A stretch of 32,000 nucleotides of DNA, taken from NCBI RefSeq assembly GCF_000354175.2, contig NC_022349.1:2880001-2912000 (forward strand), in the 5' to 3' direction. Positions 1-8,609 of the stretch are shown here, one piece after another. Source of the DNA: Vibrio alginolyticus NBRC 15630 = ATCC 17749 (GTDB lineage: Bacteria > Pseudomonadota > Gammaproteobacteria > Enterobacterales > Vibrionaceae). The position numbers and the translations under genes are program-made. The notes under the pieces were generated by a model. That model saw nothing but the letters and a program-made list of their open reading frames with translations. It was not told the origin of the DNA and did no database searches. Numbering within the stretch: the first letter of the stretch is position 1; every line of letters begins with the position of its first letter.

Positions 1-1
1 G

Positions 2-652
2 CACCAAGGTGTGATTGGTATTTTGGCTTCGCGCATTAAAGAGAAGTTTCATCGTCCAGTCATTGCATTTGCTGATGGTGGAGAAGGGACGATTAAAGGC
101 TCGTGTCGTTCTATTCCGGGGCTACACATGCGCGATGCGTTGGATTTCATCGACACGCAAAACCCGGGTTTGATCATCAAGTTTGGTGGACACGCCATGG
201 CAGCAGGCTTAACGATTAAAGAGCAGGATTTTGAGCGTTTCAGTCGTTTGTTTGATGAAGTGGTAAAAAAGGAACTCGATGAAGCGGCGCTAAAAGGCGT
301 GATCATGTCAGATGGCGAACTTAAGCCGGAAGAGTTCTCTATGCATGTTGCTGAACAGCTGCGATCGGGTGGCCCTTTTGGACAAGCTTTCCCAGAGCCA
401 ATCTTTGATGGTGAGTTTAAAGTACTGCATCAAAAGCTGGTGGGTGAGAAGCATCTTAAATTGATGTTAGAGCCGCTTTATAAAGGTCACCCTACCAATG
501 TGATGATCGACGGTATCGCATTCAATGTTGATCTACGTCGATGGCCAGATGCATCGGTTAAAACAGTACGTCTCGCGTATAAGCTGGATGTGAATGAATT
601 TCGTGGTAATCAATCATTGCAATTGATGATCGACCATATCGAAGCTAAGTAA
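2..652 (+). CDS. recJ: RecJ single-stranded-DNA-specific exonuclease, C-terminal fragment (5' end lies outside the window)
   Basis: The frame is open from the window edge. The translation HQGVIGILASRIKEKFHRPVIAFA... matches my memory of the E. coli RecJ C-terminal region, and the recJ-prfB-lysS order is as in enterobacteria. Confidence 0.9.
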   Translation, partial: HQGVIGILASRIKEKFHRPVIAFADGGEGTIKGSCRSIPGLHMRDALDFIDTQNPGLIIKFGGHAMAAGLTIKEQDFERFSRLFDEVVKKELDEAALKGVIMSDGELKPEEFSMHVAEQLRSGGPFGQAFPEPIFDGEFKVLHQKLVGEKHLKLMLEPLYKGHPTNVMIDGIAFNVDLRRWPDASVKTVRLAYKLDVNEFRGNQSLQLMIDHIEAK

Positions 653-825
653 TACCTAGATTAACCTTTCTTATAGAGTACGGTTGCCCCTAAGTGGGTG
701 TAAAATTTTATGACCGTGCTCTCTCTCACCGCAATCTGATTTCTCATCCGAAATTTTCCTGTATCTCGGTCACATTTTTCAGTAGAATTTCTCGGTTAAA
801 TTCTATTCTAAAATGTTGAGTAAAC

Positions 826-1924
826 ATGTTTGAAATCAATCCAATTAAAAACCGTCTGCAGGACGTGTCTCAGCGCACAAATGTCCTGAGGGGGTATCTT
901 TGACTATGACGCGAAGAAAGAGCGTCTAGAAGAAGTCAACGCAGAACTTGAACAACCAGATGTATGGAACGAACCTGAGCGTGCGCAAGCACTGGGTAAA
1001 GAGCGTGCATCACTAGAAGCGGTTGTTGAAACCATTGATCTACTAGAGCAAGGTGTGGAAGATGTAGAAGGTCTTCTTGAGCTGGCTGTAGAAGAAGAAG
1101 ATCAAGAAACATTTGACGAAATTGAACCAGAACTTGCTGAGTTGGAAGAGAAGCTAGAAAAGCTTGAATTCCGTCGTATGTTCTCTGGCGACCACGATAG
1201 CTCTGATTGTTACATCGATTTGCAAGCTGGCTCTGGTGGTACAGAAGCACAAGACTGGACTAACATGCTGCTGCGTATGTACCTACGTTGGGCAGAAGCG
1301 AAGGGCTTCAAAGCTGAAGTGATTGAAGTCTCTGAAGGTGAAGTCGCGGGTCTTAAGTCGGCAACAGTTCGCATCTCTGGTGAATATGCGTACGGTTGGT
1401 TACGTACTGAAACGGGCGTTCATCGTCTTGTTCGTAAATCTCCGTTCGATTCAGGCGGTCGTCGCCATACGTCATTTGCTTCTGCGTTCATCTATCCAGA
1501 GATTGATGAAAACATCGACATCGACATTAATCCTTCCGACCTACGTATTGACGTTTACCGTGCGTCAGGCGCAGGTGGTCAGCACGTAAACACCACAGAA
1601 TCTGCGGTACGTATTACGCACGTACCTACGAACACAGTGGTTCAGTGTCAGAATGACCGTTCTCAACATAAGAACAAAGATCAGGCAATGAAACAGCTTC
1701 GAGCGAAGCTATTTGAGCTTGAATTGCAAAAGCAAAATGCGGAAAAACAAGCTAATGAAGACGCTAAGTCTGACATTGGCTGGGGTAGCCAGATCCGTTC
1801 TTACGTATTGGATGACTCACGTATTAAGGACCTCCGTACGGGCATTGAAAACCGTAATACTCAAGCGGTTCTTGATGGCGATCTGGACAAATTTATTGAA
1901 GCTAGCCTGAAATCAGGTCTATAA
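826..1924 (+). CDS. prfB: Peptide chain release factor 2, made by a programmed +1 frameshift (frame 1 for 826-900, then frame 2 from 902)
   Basis: ATG at 826 gives [25 protein letters not shown], followed by an in-frame TGA at 901-903. Frame 2 from 902 continues [34 protein letters not shown]... without a stop into the listed ORF 1055-1924. SPF and GGQ motifs are present ([16 protein letters not shown]). Confidence 0.95.
889..904 (+). promoter_or_regulatory. RF2 autoregulatory +1 frameshift site: AGGGGG (internal SD-like) TAT CTT TGA C
   Basis: The sequence agggggtatctttgac is identical to the E. coli prfB recoding signal as I remember it. The UGA is followed by C. Confidence 0.9.
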
Positions 1925-1958
1925 AGCTTTTCACCGACAAAAACAGGATACATCGAAA

Positions 1959-3491
1959 ATGACTGATGCTGTTCAAAACGAAACTGTACAAGAAGCCTCT
2001 GCACAAGAAGAGAACAAGCTAATTGCTGAACGCCGCGCTAAACTGGATGCAATCCGAAAGAGCTGCAAAGCGAACGGCCATCCAAACGACTTCCGTCGTG
2101 ACGCACTAGCGGGCGACCTTCAGAAAGAGTTCGGTGAAAAGACGAAGGAAGAGCTAGAAGAGCTTAACCACGTAGTAGCAATCGCTGGCCGTATCATGGC
2201 TAAACGTGGTCCATTCTTGGTAATCCAAGAAACTTCTGGCCGTATCCAAGCTTACGCTGACAAAGCGGTTCAAAAAGTACTTAAAGAAAAATACCAAGGT
2301 CTAGATATCGGTGACATCATCGGTGTTAAAGGTGCACTTCATAAGTCTGGTAAAGGTGACCTATACGTGAACATGGAAGAGTACGAGTTGCTAACCAAAG
2401 CACTACGTCCACTTCCAGAAAAGTTCCACGGTCTAACTGACCAAGAGATGCGTTACCGCCAACGTTACGTTGATCTGATCGTTAACGAAGACTCTCGTCA
2501 AGCGTTCGTAGTACGTTCTAAAGTAATGTCTGCAATCCGCAACTTCATGATCTCTAAGCAGTTCATGGAAGTTGAAACGCCAATGATGCACGTTATCCCT
2601 GGCGGTGCGAGTGCGCGTCCATTCATCACGCACCACAACGCACTAGACATGCCAATGTACCTACGTATCGCGCCAGAGCTATACCTGAAGCGTCTAGTTG
2701 TTGGTGGTTTTGATCGCGTATTCGAAATCAACCGTAACTTCCGTAACGAAGGCCTTTCTCCACGCCACAACCCAGAATTCACAATGATGGAATTCTACAT
2801 GGCGTACGCAGACTACAAAGATCTGATGGACCTAACTGAAGAACTACTAAGCTCAGTGGCGCAAGAAGTTCTAGGTTCAACGTCAATGCCTTACGGTGAT
2901 GAAACGGTTGAGTTTGGTGGTACTTACACTCGTATGAGCATGTTCGAAGCAATCAAGCACTACAACCCAGACCACGCGCAAATCCAAGCGCTAACAGAAG
3001 AAGACCTACAAAACCGTGATCTAATGGTTTCTATCGCGAAATCTGTTCACGTTGAAGTAGAACCTTTCTGGACATGTGGTCAGCTTCTTGAAGAGATCTT
3101 TGGTGAAACAGCAGAACCTAAGCTAATGCAGCCTACGTTCATCACTGGCTACCCAGCAGATATCTCTCCACTAGCTCGTCGTAGCGATGACAACCCGTTC
3201 TTTACAGACCGCTTTGAGTTCTTTATCGGTGGCCGTGAAGTAGCGAACGGTTTCTCAGAGCTTAACGATGCTGAAGACCAAGATGCACGCTTTAAAGCAC
3301 AGGTTGAAGCGAAAGAGTCTGGTGACGACGAAGCAATGTTCTACGATGCAGACTACATCACTGCTCTAGAGCACGGCCTACCGCCAACAGCAGGCCAAGG
3401 TATCGGTATCGACCGTTTGGTTATGCTACTGACTAACACGCACACTATCCGTGACGTGATCTTATTCCCTGCAATGCGCCCGCAAGCGTAA
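1959..3491 (+). CDS. lysS: Lysine--tRNA ligase (class II)
   Basis: 510-aa ORF with class II aaRS motifs ([15 protein letters not shown]). It lies immediately downstream of prfB, as in the E. coli prfB-lysS operon. Confidence 0.97.
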   Translation: MTDAVQNETVQEASAQEENKLIAERRAKLDAIRKSCKANGHPNDFRRDALAGDLQKEFGEKTKEELEELNHVVAIAGRIMAKRGPFLVIQETSGRIQAYADKAVQKVLKEKYQGLDIGDIIGVKGALHKSGKGDLYVNMEEYELLTKALRPLPEKFHGLTDQEMRYRQRYVDLIVNEDSRQAFVVRSKVMSAIRNFMISKQFMEVETPMMHVIPGGASARPFITHHNALDMPMYLRIAPELYLKRLVVGGFDRVFEINRNFRNEGLSPRHNPEFTMMEFYMAYADYKDLMDLTEELLSSVAQEVLGSTSMPYGDETVEFGGTYTRMSMFEAIKHYNPDHAQIQALTEEDLQNRDLMVSIAKSVHVEVEPFWTCGQLLEEIFGETAEPKLMQPTFITGYPADISPLARRSDDNPFFTDRFEFFIGGREVANGFSELNDAEDQDARFKAQVEAKESGDDEAMFYDADYITALEHGLPPTAGQGIGIDRLVMLLTNTHTIRDVILFPAMRPQA

Positions 3492-3506
3492 TTCGATAGG
3501 ATGAGT

Positions 3507-3534
3507 AAAAAACCACCTTCGGGTGGTTTTTTTT
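3507..3534 (+). terminator. Rho-independent terminator after lysS
   Basis: The stem aaccacc / ggtggtt has a ttcg loop and is followed by a run of 8 T. Confidence 0.8.
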
Positions 3535-3733
3535 GCCTTTTAGTTAAGCTGATTCAAGTTGTTGCATTTGCCTTTTAATGGGATATGCAAATAAACATTC
3601 GCCAAATCTCAATCTATTGCATAGTCTTAATACTGAGACAGACGTGAGGGGGCGGAGTCTCGATAATGTTACCCGCTCGCAAAGATAAGTTTGTGGCACA
3701 AAATTTCTATTAACAATGAAAAAGGGTTAGAGA

Positions 3734-5068
3734 ATGGCTGGGCAGTTTAAGATGGATTCCATCCCGGGATCGCTTGTGGTAGTTGGCGGTACTTATGAGC
3801 CTTGGTTATCGGTACTGGAGCAAGTGGGCTGGAAGTGTCACCAAGTAGGTGACTTACGCAAAGCTAATACGCTGTTAGAAGATATTGGTCCATGTATCGG
3901 TATTGTTGATCTCAGCCATGACGAGTTCAGCTTGAATGGTTTGGCGAACTTAGTCAGCTCTCACAAACACGTACGTTGGTTAGCGTTTATTCGTGAATCT
4001 CAGCTTGGCACTGACACCATATGCCAGTTCATTGTTAACTTTTGTATCGATTTTTTCACAGCGCCGATCCCAGATGCACAGTTATTAAGCACAATAGGTC
4101 ACCAGCTTGGCATGCTTAAGTTGGAGAAAAAAGTTTGGCCTAGTTTTGGTAGCAGTTTAGATATGGGTTTGATCGGTGAATCTATCCCGATGAAACGTTT
4201 ACGCGATCAAGTGAAGCGCATTGGTCCAACGGACGTCAGTATTCTGATTTCTGGGGAAAGTGGGACTGGTAAAGAGGCGGTTGCTAGGGCCATCCATAAA
4301 GTCTCTTCACGCTCTCATAAACCGTTTATGGCAATTAACTGTCGCGCACTCAATGAACAACGTTTCCAAGCTGAAGTATTTGGTATTAACGCCGATGAAG
4401 ATATGGAAGCATGCCTGCTTGAACAAGCAGATGGCGGCACCGTGTTGTTTAACGACATTCTTACCATTTCAAAAGAGCAGCAAATGAATCTGCTGAGATT
4501 CTTGCAAGAAGGCACCATTGATACCAAAGATGGCGTAAAAGCGGTTAACGTGCGTATTCTTGCTGCTAACTCGTCAGATGTTGAAAAAGCTTTGATTGAC
4601 GGTGACTTCAATGAAGAGCTTTACCATTACATCAACGTTTTGCGCATCAATGTCCCTAGCTTGAAAGAACGTGCGAGTGACATCGCATTGCTGGCTCGTT
4701 TCTACTTACAAGAGTTCTCAAAAGAGTACAACTCGCAAGCAAAAAGCTTTTCTGAGGATGCATTCAAGGCACTGACACGTTATTTCTGGCCTGGAAATGT
4801 GCGTGAGCTGATGAACCAAGTGAAGCGAGCGGTATTAATGTCCGACAGCGTAATGATTGAAGAGCATCACTTAGATTTACCTCAACGTAATGACTCAAAG
4901 CGCAGCTTGAAATCAATCCGTGAGAAGAGTGAACGTGATGCGTTGCTAGTTGTTTTGGAATCTCATTCTGGTCAAGTTTCAAATGCGGCGAAAGAGCTAG
5001 GAGTTTCGCGTGCAACCATGTATCGACTACTTAATAAACATAATTTGATTTCCGAACAAGCCATGTAG
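3734..5068 (+). CDS. vpsR: VpsR/CpsR-type atypical bacterial enhancer-binding protein (receiver-like N-terminus, AAA+ domain, C-terminal Fis-type HTH)
   Basis: 444 aa with Walker A GESGTGKE and C-terminal HTH AAKELGVSRATMYRLLNK. The GAFTGA loop is replaced by FGINADEDMEA. The gene follows lysS, as V. cholerae vpsR (VC0665) does from memory. Confidence 0.8.
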   Translation: MAGQFKMDSIPGSLVVVGGTYEPWLSVLEQVGWKCHQVGDLRKANTLLEDIGPCIGIVDLSHDEFSLNGLANLVSSHKHVRWLAFIRESQLGTDTICQFIVNFCIDFFTAPIPDAQLLSTIGHQLGMLKLEKKVWPSFGSSLDMGLIGESIPMKRLRDQVKRIGPTDVSILISGESGTGKEAVARAIHKVSSRSHKPFMAINCRALNEQRFQAEVFGINADEDMEACLLEQADGGTVLFNDILTISKEQQMNLLRFLQEGTIDTKDGVKAVNVRILAANSSDVEKALIDGDFNEELYHYINVLRINVPSLKERASDIALLARFYLQEFSKEYNSQAKSFSEDAFKALTRYFWPGNVRELMNQVKRAVLMSDSVMIEEHHLDLPQRNDSKRSLKSIREKSERDALLVVLESHSGQVSNAAKELGVSRATMYRLLNKHNLISEQAM

Positions 5069-5107
5069 TTGGCCTTTCCCTGTGTCAAATAGGCGAATAA
5101 ATACAAT

Positions 5108-5145
5108 AAAAGAGTGGCCACAGAGCCGCTCTTTTTATTTTTTGT
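5108..5145 (+). terminator. Rho-independent terminator after vpsR
   Basis: The stem aaagagtggc / gccgctcttt contains one G-U pair and is followed by a ttttatttttt tract. Confidence 0.6.
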
Positions 5146-5359
5146 TTGGTTTGATTTATAAAATCCGCAAATTTATATATTCCTCAGGTGAATATGTTAT
5201 ACATAAAAGTATATGAAACTAAATTGAGGTGTATTGATTTGTTTTTAATCAAAAAGGCAAAAAATGTTTGATATATATTCATCAAAGCTTACAATTTAAC
5301 CGTAACTCAGTGAGTTATACCTTTCATAAACGGATTAATTTTTAGCTAGGAGGCGCAAG

Positions 5360-5470
5360 ATGAAACATTACGTTGTTAACACCACTGCTTGCGCTGATCG
5401 TATGCCTATCGCTCCGATAACCCTTAAATCGGATGATACCAATACCACTGGCTCACAAGATAAAAATTAA
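5360..5470 (+). CDS. Unlisted 36-codon small ORF (MKHYVVNTTACADRMPIAPITLKSDDTNTTGSQDKN), hypothetical
   Basis: ATG at 5360 is preceded by a canonical SD, AGGAGG (5349-5354). The ORF is below the 60-aa cutoff of the ORF track. It is bracketed by a perfect 15-nt inverted repeat (5330-5344 and 5461-5475). I recognise no homology. Confidence 0.4.
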   Translation: MKHYVVNTTACADRMPIAPITLKSDDTNTTGSQDKN

Positions 5471-5595
5471 TCCGTAACCTATCATATTTATTACTAGGCT
5501 GCGGAAAAGTAGCGGCTTAGTATCAACAGAATATTTCTGTTCATTTTACGCACTATTTTTCCCAGTCGAATACATCGATAATCGGAGAAAATATT

Positions 5596-5847
5596 ATGCG
5601 TCACTCTATTTACCTACAATTGGCCACTTTGCTATTGAAAGCAGACCTTAAACGCGAAGAAAAGCAATGGCAGCGCACCATACGTCGAACTGCTCATGAT
5701 ATTCCATGGACGAATGTTCATCTATTGAGAGATATTGGTTTAGATCGCGATGGTCGTTCTACACGTGCCAATGTTCCGGATGCAGTAAAAGTTGAACGTC
5801 GAGTTCGTCACCTTCGTCGAGTCTTAACGTCGCGAATAATGACGTAA
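5596..5847 (+). CDS. DUF1127 domain-containing small protein
   Basis: 83 aa. The segment W..VHLLRDIGLDRDG resembles the DUF1127 (YjiS-like) signature L.DIGL.R. An SD (ggag) lies 9 nt upstream of the ATG. Confidence 0.7.
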   Translation: MRHSIYLQLATLLLKADLKREEKQWQRTIRRTAHDIPWTNVHLLRDIGLDRDGRSTRANVPDAVKVERRVRHLRRVLTSRIMT

Positions 5848-5852
5848 TCGTT

Positions 5853-5906
5853 AGCGTGTTGGGCTGACTGAGTTGCTAACGAGTCATTCAACACGCTTAA
5901 CTTTTT
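5853..5906 (+). terminator. Hairpin plus T-run downstream of the DUF1127 gene
   Basis: agcgtgttg (5853-5861) pairs with caacacgct (5889-5897), with an inner gact/agtc stem. A T5 run follows at 5902-5906. Confidence 0.45.
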
Positions 5907-5930
5907 ATATGAAGTATGACTTCATTGGAT

Positions 5931-5960
5931 AAACAGCTGATCTTGAAGATCAGCTGTTTT
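5931..5960. terminator. Bidirectional terminator between the convergent DUF1127 gene and tas
   Basis: Near-perfect 13-bp palindrome aaacagctgatct-tga-agatcagctgttt, flanked by an A-run on one side and a T-run on the other. Confidence 0.7.
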
Positions 5961-5978
5961 CGTTTGAAGGTGGTACTG

Positions 5979-7013
5979 TTAAGGGCAAGGATTCGAGTAA
6001 GTTGTACCTATTGCTTGAATTTCAGTAAGTAGTTCGTCGCTAAGTTGCAAATCAATACTGTCGATATTGGCTTTTAATTGGTCTAGGTTTGTTGCTCCGA
6101 TAATGTTAGAAGCAACAAATGGACGCTGATTGACAAACGCGAGCGCCATTTGTGCAGGGTTTAGACCATGCTCTTGAGCTAAATTGACGTAAGCTTCGGT
6201 CGCTTTAACACCTTGCGGAGTGAAGTAGCGCGCAAAACGCTCCCACTTAGTGCATCGAGCGCCTTCAGGTTTTGCCCCGTTTAGGTATTTACCACTCAGG
6301 CAGCCAAATGCCAAAGGAGAGTAGGCAAGTAACTGAACGCCTTCGTAATGGCTGATTTCAGACAAGCCAACTTCGAAGCTGCGGTTCAATAAGTTATATG
6401 GGTTTTGAATGGAGACAATTCTTGGCAAATCGTGTTTTTCTGCCAAACGCAGTAGCGACATCACACCCCACGGCGTCTCGTTGGATACGCCGATATAGCG
6501 CACTTTACCTGCATTCACTAATTCAGTAAGCGCTTCCAACGTTTCAATTAACGTGACTTCTTCTTGTTTGTCAGGGTATGGGTAGTTGAGTTGACCAAAG
6601 CAGTTGGTTTGACGCTGCGGCCAATGTAGTTGGTACAAATCGACATAATCGGTTTGTAGACGATTAAGGCTGTCATCAATCGCTGTATGGATGTGGCGAC
6701 GATTAAGGCTCATGTTGTCTCTAATGTGAGGAACATTGCGAGGGCCTGCCACTTTTGTTGCCAGTACTACTTTTTCTCTTTTGCCGCTTTTTGCTAACCA
6801 ATTACCGATGTATTGCTCGGTAAGCCCTTGTGTTTCCGATCTTGGCGGTACAGGGTACATCTCTGCGGTATCGATGAAGTTCACCCCATGATCGAGGGCA
6901 AAGTCGAGCTGTTCAAAGGCGTCCTTTTCTGTGTTTTGCTCGCCAAACGTCATAGTGCCGAGGCAGATTTTACTGATCTCAAGTGATGAGTGCGGTAGTT
7001 TTGTGTATTGCAT
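5979..7013 (-). CDS. tas: NADP(H)-dependent aldo-keto reductase, Tas family
   Basis: The 344-aa translation (MQYTKLPHSSLEISKICLGTMTFGEQN...YPVPPRSETQGLTEQYIGNWLA) is close to E. coli Tas along its full length as I remember it. Confidence 0.9.
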   Translation of the reverse strand: MQYTKLPHSSLEISKICLGTMTFGEQNTEKDAFEQLDFALDHGVNFIDTAEMYPVPPRSETQGLTEQYIGNWLAKSGKREKVVLATKVAGPRNVPHIRDNMSLNRRHIHTAIDDSLNRLQTDYVDLYQLHWPQRQTNCFGQLNYPYPDKQEEVTLIETLEALTELVNAGKVRYIGVSNETPWGVMSLLRLAEKHDLPRIVSIQNPYNLLNRSFEVGLSEISHYEGVQLLAYSPLAFGCLSGKYLNGAKPEGARCTKWERFARYFTPQGVKATEAYVNLAQEHGLNPAQMALAFVNQRPFVASNIIGATNLDQLKANIDSIDLQLSDELLTEIQAIGTTYSNPCP

Positions 7014-7167
7014 ATCACGTCCTTGAAGAGTTACCGACTAAATAAGTGACTCCAATATAGGGGATTTTTAGCCGCAATCGCAAATGATTTACGTATAAAG
7101 GGAGAGCAAACTCGAAAGCTACAGTTAGCCTAACTACACTTAAATAATCGTGTGAAGGAGGTATGTT

Positions 7168-7479
7168 ATGCAGAAGCATCAATTGGACATGTGGCTACAT
7201 GGTCCACATAAAGATACTTATAAAACTCCCAAAGTATTTGTGATTGGGTGTTCTGATGTCTCTGACTATCTTTTAGCTGTGGAGTACAAGCATCAACTTG
7301 AGCCGATTAAAGACGGTGAAGACCCGATACATTTTGGCTCTCTAGACTTAGTAAAAGAAGAACTATTGAGGCTAGGGGTCGATAAAGCGTATTTAAGGCT
7401 GCGCAATGCGTATGACGAATGTGGCACTGAAGAGGCAGCCTCATACTGCGATATTGAGTTATCGCTCGTGACGCACTAA
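7168..7479 (+). CDS. Hypothetical 103-aa acidic cytoplasmic protein
   Basis: A strong SD (gaaggagg) lies 6-7 nt upstream of the ATG and the ORF is clean. I recognise no motif. Confidence 0.6.
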   Translation: MQKHQLDMWLHGPHKDTYKTPKVFVIGCSDVSDYLLAVEYKHQLEPIKDGEDPIHFGSLDLVKEELLRLGVDKAYLRLRNAYDECGTEEAASYCDIELSLVTH

Positions 7480-7494
7480 ATAGCTGATATGGTT

Positions 7495-8175
7495 TTATTC
7501 TGGTTGAGTGTTAATGTAGTGCTTGAGTAAGATCTGTTCAGTAAACTGTGTTCTAAGGTAAAAGCCTCGGGGCAGAGTTTTCATCGGCTTACCATTTGAG
7601 TTGTATGCTTCGGTGAGCGCTTTTGCATTTGCGGCTTTAGGGCGAAGATGCAGCGCTTCTCCGTGTCTGGCGGAAATTTGATCAAATCTTCCCAAGACGA
7701 TCATCTCCATTAACTCTTCCCAGTCATTTCGCAAAATCCGTTCTTCTTCTTCATCTGGTGACCAAATGAGTGGACTGCCCACACGTCTTTCAGCGAGTGG
7801 GATTTCTCGTTCTCCTTCTACGGGTACCCAAAGCACGCGAGATAGCTTGTTTCGAACATGACTTGTTTCCCATGTAAGACCATGAACACCAGTGAGGGGA
7901 GCCACAGAAACAAAGGTTGTTTCTAAAGGTTTGCCAGAATAACTGATCGGAATACTTTTCAACTCGATCCCTAGTTTTGCGAAATCTTGTTGAGGTTTAC
8001 TGCCAGCTGGAGCGCCCAAGTGCCATTCGAGTAATTGACCCACCCAACCTTTATCACGTTTTAAGTTTTCAGGAACAATCATATTCGCCTCGGCGGCCAA
8101 CTCAGCAAAACTGAGTCCTGCCATATCATGCGCTCGTTCCAATAGCTCTGCTTCTGTTTGTGGTTCTGGTTTCAT
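7495..8175 (-). CDS. mutH: DNA mismatch repair endonuclease MutH
   Basis: 226 aa. [21 protein letters not shown]...[13 protein letters not shown]...[10 protein letters not shown]...[14 protein letters not shown] is colinear with E. coli MutH. Confidence 0.95.
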   Translation of the reverse strand: MKPEPQTEAELLERAHDMAGLSFAELAAEANMIVPENLKRDKGWVGQLLEWHLGAPAGSKPQQDFAKLGIELKSIPISYSGKPLETTFVSVAPLTGVHGLTWETSHVRNKLSRVLWVPVEGEREIPLAERRVGSPLIWSPDEEEERILRNDWEELMEMIVLGRFDQISARHGEALHLRPKAANAKALTEAYNSNGKPMKTLPRGFYLRTQFTEQILLKHYINTQPE

Positions 8176-8276
8176 AGTTACAAGGTGGTATTACAAAAAA
8201 TATAGTTTATCAAACTCCGACCAAATCTACTGTTTAAGATTTCACCGAGGCGGTGTAAGAACGATCAATTCATAAC

Positions 8277-8285
8277 TTATCCACA
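8277..8285 (+). promoter_or_regulatory. Perfect DnaA box TTATCCACA
   Basis: Exact 9/9 match to the high-affinity DnaA box. Confidence 0.6.
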
Positions 8286-8396
8286 GGTGGAGGAGGTATT
8301 GATAAGATCCTGGCGGGGTCTGTATGAATAAACAGGGGTTAAAATGCATTTTTGGGGTTGATTTTGTTGTAATCATCTAAACGAATAGCAGGTGAG

Positions 8397-8405
8397 TGTG
8401 GATAA
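8397..8405 (-). promoter_or_regulatory. Perfect DnaA box (TGTGGATAA on the + strand)
   Basis: Exact reverse complement of TTATCCACA, 112 bp from the first box and in the opposite orientation. Confidence 0.6.
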
Positions 8406-8505
8406 ATAGCCTGTTGGTGGATCTTTGACCGATCTGAGTTTGGTGAAAAGATCATCAAGAAACTGAAGATCGAATTATCGTTGTTTTTAAAAATAAATAC
8501 TTTTT

Positions 8506-8518
8506 TATCAATGTTTTA
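8506..8518 (+). promoter_or_regulatory. Candidate IHF site TATCAATGTTTTA
   Basis: Fits the WATCAANNNNTTR consensus exactly and is preceded by a long A/T tract (8480-8505). Confidence 0.4.
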
Positions 8519-8588
8519 TGTTTATTTTTTGTTTCTTCATCTGTTTTGCTTTTGATGGGATTGAACTGAATTACTCATTTGAATTGAA

Positions 8589-8609
8589 TTCTTCACAAAG
8601 TTATTCACA
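8589..8609 (+). promoter_or_regulatory. Tandem DnaA-box-like sites TTCTTCACA (8/9) and TTATTCACA (fits TTATNCACA)
   Basis: Two same-orientation boxes at 8589-8597 and 8601-8609, starting 12 bp apart. Confidence 0.4.

Noticed and set aside
936-1250. 104-aa minus-strand ORF, plus the + strand ORFs 1323-1589 and 1713-1910
   Set aside because: All lie entirely inside prfB in other frames or on the antisense strand. They have low-complexity composition and no SD, so they are shadow ORFs of a highly conserved gene.
3578-3688. 36-codon ORF (MGYANKHSPNLNLLHS...) in the vpsR upstream region, and a TTGCAT/ATGCAA inverted repeat at 3562-3590
   Set aside because: The ORF has no SD and no supporting structure. 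The inverted repeat is only 6 bp and is expected by chance in AT-rich promoter DNA.
5267-5286. TTTGAT-n8-ATCAAA palindrome, considered as a Fur box upstream of the small ORF
   Set aside because: It matches the Fur 7-1-7 consensus only weakly (about 5/7 per half-site) and sits in very AT-rich DNA, which is not enough to call.
8263-8471. GATC cluster considered as RctB-type methylation-dependent iterons or a crtS-like site controlling chromosome 2
   Set aside because: The sequences around the six GATC sites share no common 11- or 12-mer. From memory, crtS lies elsewhere on V. cholerae chromosome 1. The cluster is therefore kept only as possible SeqA/Dam input to the DnaA-box region.
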